Shown here one piece after another: positions 38,506 through 47,203 of a stretch of 64,000 bases of DNA. Below the pieces are notes generated by a model. It had not been told where the DNA came from and made no database searches. It was given only the letters and a program-made list of their open reading frames with translations. This stretch comes from Cyanophora paradoxa CCMP329 (Eukaryota; Plantae; Glaucophyta). The first letter of the stretch is position 1. Each line of letters opens with the position of its first letter. The position numbers and the translations under genes were made by a program. Where the stretch lies: contig QPMI01000648.1 in the NCBI GenBank assembly GCA_004431415.1, positions 80,562 through 144,561 of the forward strand, written 5' to 3'.

Positions 38506-38735
38506 CCGTAGACGACTTAAATACCGCGCCACATATTACCGCGTTCTAAAATTTCGGCGCCGGTATGCGCTTTACCGCGCTACCAAATTACCGCGTTCCA
38601 TCGTCTTCGAAAATGTATTATTTGTTAGCAAAGGGGGTAATACTGCGCTACCAAATTACTGCGTTCTAAAAATTTTGAGCGCGGTAATTTGGCAGCGCGG
38701 TATTTAAGTCAGCGCGGTATATAAGTCGTCTACGG
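38506..38735. mobile_element. Tc1/mariner-type MITE (230 bp, CCGTA ends)
   Basis: TIR CCGTAGACGACTTAAATACCGCGC / CCGTAGACGACTTATATACCGCGC (23/24); TA flanks; internal TACCGCG repeats. Confidence 0.9.
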
Positions 38736-38836
38736 TAGTAGTAGTACTCCGGCATTAGTATTACTAAGTTCCGCCGGGACCGGCCGGGTACCGTAGCTAC
38801 GGTACTCCTAGTAGTCTACTACTGCAGAACTAGTAC

Positions 38837-38939
38837 GCCGTGGCTTAAAATTGCCGAATTCGGTCTCTCGGCAATATTTATAATAATATACGGCAATTCA
38901 AAACATCGGCTAAAAAAAGCCGTGAAAGCATTCCTACAG
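38837..38939. mobile_element. Truncated 3' half of the 36954-37146 MITE family
   Basis: Similar to 37057-37146. Ends GCATTCCTACAG|TA, the exact reverse complement of the 36954 TIR. Confidence 0.75.
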
Positions 38940-39086
38940 TACTAGGCTATAGACTATATAGCGTCCGAGTGTCGGACACTGTCGACTCGGCGACGTCGGT
39001 GCAGCATCATGATGAATGCCATGATGCGGTGAATCGCCGCCAGTGATGCGGACCGTGGTGGCATCACTGGCATGCCTTATCATAGT

Positions 39087-39467
39087 TAGGGTTGCGCTTT
39101 ACTTTTACCGGTAAACCGAGGTATTACCTTTACTCGGTAATACTCGTACCTTACTCGGACCCCGACCGAGTAATACTCGAGTAAATAAGAGGGGGTACAC
39201 CGCTGCAGACACGTCAGGGGGGAGGGGCAGGCTCTAGCAGCGCGGGGAGCGCAGTTTGGCGCATATAGCGTTGATCAGCTATCGATTCAGAAGCTTTCCA
39301 GCCGGGTTGCGCTGGCTCACGTCGCAGGACATGCCTCCGCCTCAGCTCGAGCTCAGTGGACCGGGGGGGGAGGAGCGGTGTTTACTCGGTAATACTCGGG
39401 GTAATACTTTCAGTACTTTACCCTTACTCGGCCCGGACGGGGTATTACCGGAGTAAGCCCAACCCTA
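39087..39467. mobile_element. hAT-type MITE (381 bp) with 8-bp TSD
   Basis: Ends TAGGGTTG...CAACCCTA; perfect TSD ATCATAGT at 39079-39086 and 39468-39475; subterminal TACTCGG repeats. Confidence 0.9.
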
Positions 39468-39847
39468 ATCATAGTATAATGATCGGGCCCGGGGGATCGG
39501 GGGATTCGGGGCCTCGGACTCGGCTCGGAGTCGGATGACTCGGATCCGGAGCAGCAGGTACTGAGTAGCCTGCTTGCAGGTAGGTATAGCCGCTGAGCGC
39601 TAGCTCGAGAGTGATCATCAATTTTCATCGCTGCATTTTCATCAATTTGCGAACTTGGAACTTGGAAGGGCGCGCGTGGCGCCGCGCGCGTGCAGCGGTG
39701 TACTAGCCTAGTAGTAGTCCCTGAGGGCGCCGCTACCGGTAGCGCTGAGCGAGCAGCTGCAGATCCTGAGATCGGCGATCGCCCGCGGCCGATCGCATCT
39801 ACGTGCACTGCTGCCACATCCCGGTCCCGTCGTCCACATCGGCCTCG

Positions 39848-40496
39848 ATGGCCAGCACGGCGTCGAAGTCGACCAGCAGGCGCGTCGAGCTGCCCCGTAT
39901 CGACGCGGCCTTCGCGAGAGTCGCATCCACGTCGGCGTCGCCGTTCCCGGTGCGCTCGGGCTCGGCGCGGCGCCCGCGGCCGCTCACTGAGTCACGTCGC
40001 ACTGCCCGCCGCGCAATGCTCACCCCGCGTGCGCGTCTGTGCAGGTGCCCCGTCCCCCGAGCTCGAGCGCGGCGATGCAGATGAGCATAACGCGGCCGCC
40101 CTCGCCCCTCGAATCGGACGGAGCCGACGTCCTCTCCGGCGACAGCGAGAGCGATGAGATGGACGACGCGTGCTCCGTCCTGAGCGACGACCGGACGGCC
40201 CCGCGCAGGCGGCGGTTGCGGACCCTGGCCCCCGACCGCGGGCCGCGCCTCAGCGCCCGCAGCGACCCGACCAGCTCCTCCCCCGCCTTCGCCTTCCCCC
40301 GGCGGCCGACGGCGACCGCCGACGAGCTCTCCTCCTGCAGGGGCGCCGAGGCCGCGCCGGCGCACTCCCTCTCCCGGCCCCGCTCCTGCCCCGACGTCAG
40401 CCTCGCCGGCCCCGAGGCCGCTCCCGCCCGCCCGCCAGTCGCGAGCTGCAGCGCCGACTGCGCACAGCCGCCCACCGCCGAGCCGGACGCCGGCCG
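39848..40496 (+). pseudogene. Host two-exon gene of unknown function, interrupted by the viral insertion
   Basis: Exon 1 is 39848-39949 (34 codons), followed by a GT-AG intron. Exon 2 is in frame from 40045 and the GC-rich coding sequence stops abruptly at 40496. Confidence 0.6.
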
Positions 40497-40571
40497 CACA
40501 CATATGAATATTCATATTTTAATCCCTCGGCGTTCCGCCTCAGGATTAAAATATGAATATTCATATGTGTG
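40497..40571. repeat. Terminal hairpin: perfect 29-bp inverted repeat with 17-nt loop
   Basis: CACACATATGAATATTCATATTTTAATCC (40497-40525) / GGATTAAAATATGAATATTCATATGTGTG (40543-40571). Confidence 0.95.
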
Positions 40572-40800
40572 ATTCGATGTTATATCAATAAAATCGATTA
40601 ATTTATTTGAATTTTCACATGAATTTTCATATTTTTACATGCATTTTCAATTAATTTAATCGATGTTATCTCGATAAACTCGATTAATCGATATTGTATC
40701 TTAATTGTAGTTAATCGGAATTATATCAATAACTTCGATTGATCTTAATTGAATCCTAAATGAATCTAATCGGAATTATATCAATAAATTCGATTAAATC
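40572..40800. repeat. Four degenerate subterminal repeats of about 30 bp
   Basis: Consensus approximately AATCGRWRTTATATCAATAAAHTCGATTAA at about 40572, 40658, 40713 and 40768. Confidence 0.8.
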
Positions 40801-40849
40801 ATGTTCTTTTCCGATTAAATCAAATAAATATTTAACTTTGTTATCATAA

Positions 40850-41285
40850 GTGGTCTAAGTTGACTCACTTTTCATAAACATTTTGAACTCTTAGTCTCCT
40901 TGAATTTCTTAATATGACTCAACTTAGTCAACTTAGTCAACTTTGTTACCATAATCAATCAGGGTGGACTCACTTTTAGATCAACTTTGAAATTTCAAGC
41001 AAAATCAACTTGGATTTCAAAAGTGGATCTTCTAAGTGGACTCAATATGTTCACTTTGTGATACATGTTAGCTCAAATCCTTACTGTTTATGGTCAGGGT
41101 TGACTAAGTGGGGGGAGTTGACACATTTTTTGAAATCCTTTTTAGAAAACTTTTGGTCCCAAATATTTCCTGTGAAATTTGAGTCAACTCAACCCACTTA
41201 GTCAACCCTTGCATTGAATTCGTAACAAAATCCATATACTTTTACTACTTTTACGATTAATATGAGTCAACCTTGAGTCCACTTT
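40850..41285. promoter_or_regulatory. Putative replication origin or binding array, copy 1 (GTTGACT/GAGTCAAC iterons, palindrome)
   Basis: 27-bp inverted arms at 41096-41122 and 41183-41209 (25/27) around a 60-bp AT-rich spacer, with further GAGTC(A/C)AC motifs on both sides. Confidence 0.55.
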
Positions 41286-41520
41286 AATATAAATATTATA
41301 TAATAGGGGGAATCTAGGGGAGATACTTACTAAATGCAGTGTCCGGGAAAATCTAAGATCCGGTTCGCGAAAGTAGCATTGTTGTATAGAGCATGCAAAG
41401 AGGATTCCGGCGATGGTCGCGGTTTTAATAGCTGATGAGTTGGTGAATAGTAACAGCAGTTTGTATGATTTTCTTGGATTTTTGGGTTCCGGAACCCAAA
41501 CTTTACCCATTATCTATCCG

Positions 41521-41616
41521 TAACGCGTTACGCACGCGTTACGCACGCGTTATGCACGCGTTATGCACGCGTTACGCATGCGTGACTCATGCGTTATGCA
41601 TGCGTGACGTCACGTG
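41521..41616. repeat. 11-bp tandem repeat (ACGCGTTAYGC)n, degenerating to the right
   Basis: Directly visible. Confidence 0.9.
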
Positions 41617-41915
41617 ATATATGCATCATATATACACAAACCTCCGACATATATACACTATATATACACAAACCTCCGTATTGCCGGTTGACCGAGAAAG
41701 AAATGTTTCGAAAAAATAGTAAAATATATATATACATATACATTTTTATCGGCATCTTCAAACTGTCATATCTCATCACCAGATCATCAAAACGCAACGT
41801 TCTGCATAGCGCTGTGAAGCGCTTGATATGCTCTACAAGACTATGTGTATATCATATGCATATATGTATATCAGTCATACATATATTTGGAAAAAACGAG
41901 TTTTCGGCTATGAAA

Positions 41916-43301
41916 CTAGCTAGTTTTGGTCCTTTCTCTTAGTGTTCTCTGAGGTTTAGGGGCTGTATATGACTCCTTAGTAGTCTGAAAGTCATTATAC
42001 CATCTCTGGCTATTCACTTCTGAAAGTTTCTGTGTTCCTGCTATAGTGAGCTTTTTGAGTTCCCTGTTAACTTTCCCAGCCTTCTCCTTTCTAGCCTCTA
42101 TCAAAGGCTTATCTGGGACTTCATTAGAAGCTTCTATGCCTTCTCTCCTTATAGCAGCATCAGCCCTGGCTTCCTCTTTAGCTTGCTCCAAGGCATCCAC
42201 TGTAGGGGTTTCTAGATATTCAACTGCATTCACAGGCAACAGCTCATGGAAAGCAAACCTGTTTTCTATGATCTCACCAGTGGGACTCCTTAGCTTAAAC
42301 TTAAAGCCTTCCCTACTATCAACAGTGTAAACCATCCTAGACCAATTGTTACCCTGTTTAGCAAAGGGGTTCTTCTCAACTTTCACTCTAACAAACATGC
42401 CAGGCTGCATGGTATCAAGGTAAGCTATTGATTTCTTGAATCTTTCATCTTCTAATCCCACTATATACCTATAATGATCCTCTGTAGTTTCGCCTGGCTT
42501 CATCTTAGTAGCTGAGTGGACTGTATTATTGTAATTATACTCAATATCACCTAACACATCAAAGAATCTAGCTGTGTTATTAGCTATGCAGTAGTTTGTA
42601 ATCAGTCTCTTAATCTGCTTGTTAAAGGCTTCAATTCGACCTTGGCTTCTGTGGTCAGCAGTTCCACTCACTTGGTGTTCTATGTATTTACTAGATAAAT
42701 ACTCCTGGAATATTCGATTTTGGAATTCACTCCCAGCATCTGATTGAACTTTTACTATGGGTCTTGCCACTCTCATTTCAAGTTGCTTAAATGCAGCTAA
42801 TGTAGTGAGAGCTGATTTATCTCTTATAGGTATGATATACCCAGTTCTCAGTGTTGATTCCATAGCAGTCATAAAGGTATCATAACCATTGTTTTGTTTC
42901 TTGTAAGCTGGGAAAAAGAGCAAATCAATCACATAGGTATCAAGGGGTTGCCTAATTGGGACCATGGGATCTCTCTTTCTAGATATAGCAGGTGCATTGA
43001 TCTGAACTACCTCTTGCTTTTTATAGAACTCTTGCAACTGCTTATAGGATTCATCTGGTAACTCAGCCCTCATAGCTTGAAGCCCTTTGTAACCAGTTCT
43101 CACATCATAGAATCTCTTGGCAATCTTGCTAGTTTCTTTCACTGCAATAGCAACTGGGATCTCTACTGGGACAAGCTCTTTCATTTCAGACTTTTTAACA
43201 ATTCGAGATTCCCCTTTTTCCTCCTTTGGAACTGTGATAGGCAGTAGGTTACCTTGTAGTTGCTCAATGGTTCTCCTGACTATTCTTCCAGTTGCTGGCA
43301 T
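41916..43301 (-). CDS. Retroviral-like (rve) integrase, 461 aa, intact
   Basis: VIDLL / VQSDAGSEF / GRIEAFN with exactly D(35)E spacing; YNNTVHSATKMKP; SH3-like GMFVRV..NWS; no chromodomain seen. Confidence 0.95.
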   Translation of the reverse strand: MPATGRIVRRTIEQLQGNLLPITVPKEEKGESRIVKKSEMKELVPVEIPVAIAVKETSKIAKRFYDVRTGYKGLQAMRAELPDESYKQLQEFYKKQEVVQINAPAISRKRDPMVPIRQPLDTYVIDLLFFPAYKKQNNGYDTFMTAMESTLRTGYIIPIRDKSALTTLAAFKQLEMRVARPIVKVQSDAGSEFQNRIFQEYLSSKYIEHQVSGTADHRSQGRIEAFNKQIKRLITNYCIANNTARFFDVLGDIEYNYNNTVHSATKMKPGETTEDHYRYIVGLEDERFKKSIAYLDTMQPGMFVRVKVEKNPFAKQGNNWSRMVYTVDSREGFKFKLRSPTGEIIENRFAFHELLPVNAVEYLETPTVDALEQAKEEARADAAIRREGIEASNEVPDKPLIEARKEKAGKVNRELKKLTIAGTQKLSEVNSQRWYNDFQTTKESYTAPKPQRTLRERTKTS

Positions 43302-43304
43302 CTC

Positions 43305-46300
43305 TTAATTAAAAGGAACAGAATTAATACCATCTGGTAAGATGTATCTCTTTGCATCAAAGCAATTCAGGGCAACCCTTCTACTCACAGTATCTATTAT
43401 TGTGTGATCTGCCCTTCTTTTCTGCTTTGCAGTCACAGTCTTGCTGATACCTGCAAGTAAACACTGCTTAAAATCATTGAATTGGAGTTCCTCAGTGGAA
43501 GTCCCAGAAAGCTTACTTCTCTCAATCTCAGCTGTTCTGAAACTGTAAACTTTGGCTCTCAGACCCACATACTCCAATATAGCAGAACCTGGCATCTCAT
43601 TTTTGTATTTACCTGGGGTCATTCTGGAATCACCTCCAAGGTCTAATGCATAGGATATATTCTCTATATCTGTTTCAAGGGTCTTAGATTCGATATATAG
43701 ACAAAAGGAATCAGTATCATGGAACAGTAATTTGGCTTTGGACCATTGGGACCTTACAGTATCATAGAAGAACCGGTAATTATGCAGTTTGGCTGCATCC
43801 AAAACATAGGCTCCAATGGCAACTGGCTTATCTAGCTTCACATGTTTTGTGTAAAACTCAAAGGCAACTGCTCTTTCGTTTATGGGGCTTGTTGATTTCA
43901 CCAATGGAGAGGCTGCATATTTCATAAACAGTTTCTCACTGTTTGCAATCTTAACCACAGATCTACCTCTGCAAGATTCAATGCATTTCCCATAGATTGA
44001 GTTATTCATGAGCTTATAGAAATCAGCCTCGAATTTATTCACTGCTTTCCTTCTCATCTCAGTGTTCAGCTCAATATAGGGTTTCATGACAGGAGCCACA
44101 GTAAATGATAGGACCCTGTGAACTTTCTTTAATTTCACACCTTTGTCCAACAGATACTGTAGAAGAGGCTCAGAAATCACATAGTTGGTCACAGAACCAA
44201 AGGTTGCAGTTAGCTTAGGGGTCTTATCAAGCTCTTCTCCTGAAAGATCTAATAGGCTCTTTTGATATTGTGATAATTCGGCATATTCTACTATTTTCTT
44301 GTTAATAATTAGGGGAAATCACTGTGGTCTAGATATAGCCTAATTGGGTAATCCAGATCAACTTCCAGGAAACTGGATCTGTTATCTTGTGGGTTGAATT
44401 CGGTCTCCCATCTAAAATCACCAACTGGGATTGGCTGACTCAAACAGTAGCCATACAAGTTGTTAGCATCAAACAGCATAATGTGGGAGTTTTCACCATC
44501 AGCCTCAGCATACCTACAAGGCATTGTTGCAAAGCCACCCCTGATTCCCCTCTCAACAAATTCGTATTGCTCTACATCACTTATAAGCTCTATTTTTGCC
44601 TTGGTGGTCCTAAGCATAGCATCCCAAGATAACCCAGGTGCAGATACATAATGAACTGGGTCCAATCCATATACTGAGTGTGAAAGCCTTCTAAAAGCCT
44701 GGAATTTGTTCATTAACTCATCTACATCAGCAGCTCCAAAATCCATGAAATTGCTTGCATCAATGAACTTGTAAAGACCCCATTGCAATGACAGGTATTG
44801 ATCAAAGTTTTTCGAAAGGATTTCGATTCGCTTTTTATCACCCATGCCTGCTATTTTTCTGAAAATGAATGTCCCACAGTCATCCATTTGGTCAACAACA
44901 ACTGCAACTTTGGTTTGCTTTGAGATTCTCCTATGGAGATTGCAGTTTCTGCATGCAGGTGCAATGTAATTACCTGTGTGGTGATCATGATCTCTGCATT
45001 TGAAGTTTTCCTTAGTGAACCTCTCACTGCAAAGGTAACAGTGTTTAGTAGCCCTGTAAATAGCCTTTTGCTCATCTGTGAGTTCATTCATTGGAATATT
45101 GGTGAACAGGAAATCGATTAGTTCTCTAGCTTTGGACTCCAAGCATTCAAAGAGACCTCCCATTGGATCCTGCCCCTCAAATCGAAAATCTTGAACATCT
45201 TCCCCAGTGACTACTCTCAGGTTGACTGCTGAGACTTCCCTTTTGGATTTCGATGCATCAATGGGGATGCTTCTATGTTCAATCTTGCAGTAAACCACAA
45301 CAGGAAGCCAAACAGTTTTCCTGAGGTTTTTCAGTCCAAACTCTATGGTGGTCTCAGGTTTTGGTGTGATTCCCTTTGAGAGTCTCCAATCAATGCATCT
45401 GTTTGAGTCCACATGAGCAGTGAGTTTAGCCTCAGACCTGAATCGAGATAAGCATGTGTCACAGTAGTGTAACTTCTGATCATTGTATGTTTCATGGTTT
45501 ACTTTCAATAGCCTTGAAAGGGACATGATTGTAATATAATGTCCATTCCCTTCATCATCAAATATCAGCATGAGATTAACCTTATGCTTTCTGCCTGGGT
45601 TACTGGATTGATGCAGGGGATAAATAACCTCTCCATCGATTCCAAATATATTAATGCTAATGCCTGCATTTTGAGCCTCGAATTTATCAATAATCTCAGC
45701 ATCACAGGCAACAGGGAATGGGATGTTATCGAAATTCAGAGCCAGCGGATTATAAGCGATTGCTGAGTATTTCCATTTGCGATATTGTGAAAGCTCATTC
45801 CTCTTATGGGAGTTTATCGCTTTTCTGTGAATATATGCCAAAATTGCATTTTCGAAGCAGGAATCATCAATATTTCGAATATTCACTGTGGCTCTCTTCC
45901 TAGCAATCCACTCTGGGGTTTGTAGAAAGCATCCACCAGTTGGAGCATAACTCATAATAGCCACTCTGAGTATTTCGATTCTTTCCAAGCGATAGCTATC
46001 AACCACATTCATCTGCTCCTGACACATTTGGGCTGCTTTATTCAGCTCAGTTCGAATATTTCTCGACCTGGTTAATACAAAGTAATCACTGTAAATGTAT
46101 TTCGATATCCAAACCTGTGGATTGCTCACTTTTACGAACTTGCAGATAAAAGACAAGCGAACCTTGATTGCCCTGAATTGATCTAAACCCTGCTTTAATC
46201 GATTAGGAAGGGATGTAGCAATTCTGTCCAGGAATTCAATCACATCTACAACAACTTCCCTTCTGGCTCTGTAAGTGAGCCAGCGATATAATTCATTCAT

Positions 46301-46549
46301 GGCTGTTCCATCTTCTGCCTCTGGTTCTATTTGCCTAAGCCTATCCAGTTCATCCAAGGTTTCAATTTTATCATATAGGTTATTTGCTTTTCTGGTTAAT
46401 CTGCTTAAAGTGGGTCTGCCCTTTGCAATTAAATCTATTTCCCGGTCATATTCAGCCTCTGTAATTTCATGGGCTGCATAAAGTGTTCCCAGCAATCCCA
46501 TGAGTTCCCATTTCTTCTCCCTTATGAGTTTGTTGGTAATTCGGGGCAT
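43305..46549 (-). CDS. polB: Protein-primed family B DNA polymerase (one frameshift near 44311)
   Basis: DANNLYG, KLMNNSIYGK, HDTDS, GLRAKVYS; C2H2 finger; Endo VII-like CYLC..RDHDHHTG..ACRNCN insert typical of Maverick pPolBs. Adding one C in the CCCC run joins the two ORFs. Confidence 0.93.
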
Positions 46550-46609
46550 TATTCCTAACTTGTTCCTATTCTAAGGGGATATTTTATTTTAGGATGTTCT
46601 AAACGCAAT

Positions 46610-46960
46610 TTAAAATGTTTTAATGGATCCACTGGCTTCCTCTGAATGGAATCGCAAAAACCTATTAATCCTAAATCGGGATTTCGGTTTTTGTAAATTG
46701 ACTATCCAAGGTTCAAAGAGATACATGTAATATGCTTCTCTGTTCATTAGGTCTTCATGCCCACCCTTCTTACTTGAATACAGGACTGAGAACTTCACAT
46801 CAGAAGCCTTGCATAGGTCTGCTGTAGATGGCATTTGACCTGATTTGTGTTGTCTCCATCTTTTTTGAAGTGGCTGTGAGGTTCTTCCTATGTAGACTTT
46901 GTTCATTTCCTGACTCTCAATCATATAGATCGATCCAGAATCATGATCTGTTCCAGCCAT
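46610..46960 (-). CDS. GIY-YIG endonuclease, 116 aa
   Basis: GSIYMI..KVYIGRT..RWRQH..E..VN. Confidence 0.9.
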   Translation of the reverse strand: MAGTDHDSGSIYMIESQEMNKVYIGRTSQPLQKRWRQHKSGQMPSTADLCKASDVKFSVLYSSKKGGHEDLMNREAYYMYLFEPWIVNLQKPKSRFRINRFLRFHSEEASGSIKTF

Positions 46961-47011
46961 TTCTTACTAGTTACATATAAATATATTTTTCTATCTCTTA
47001 AATCATTTTTT

Positions 47012-47203
47012 GGTTGACTTAGTGGGTGGAGTTGAGGCACTTTTTATTTCTTTTTAGGGCAGAGTCCTCTTTTAGAATCTGTGAAAAAATGAGTCAACTC
47101 CCCCCACTTAGTCAACCTAATCGATAAATAAACCATAAATAAAAGACTGTTTGGGTCTTTTATGATAAATTTGAGTCAACCATGAGTCCACTTTTGAGTA
47201 AAC
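47012..47203. promoter_or_regulatory. Putative origin or binding array, copy 2, immediately downstream of the primase-helicase
   Basis: 24-bp arms at 47012-47035 and 47094-47117 (22/24), 58-bp spacer, then GAGTCAACCATGAGTCCACTTT at 47173. Confidence 0.55.

Noticed and set aside
40572-41285. Possible CRISPR-like repeat-spacer array
   Set aside because: The repeats are degenerate, irregular or inverted, there are no cas genes, and the context is a eukaryotic virus.
41010-41942. Short ORFs in the terminal region (41010, 41202, 41589, 41594)
   Set aside because: They overlap repeats, have low-complexity translations and lack the viral upstream motif.
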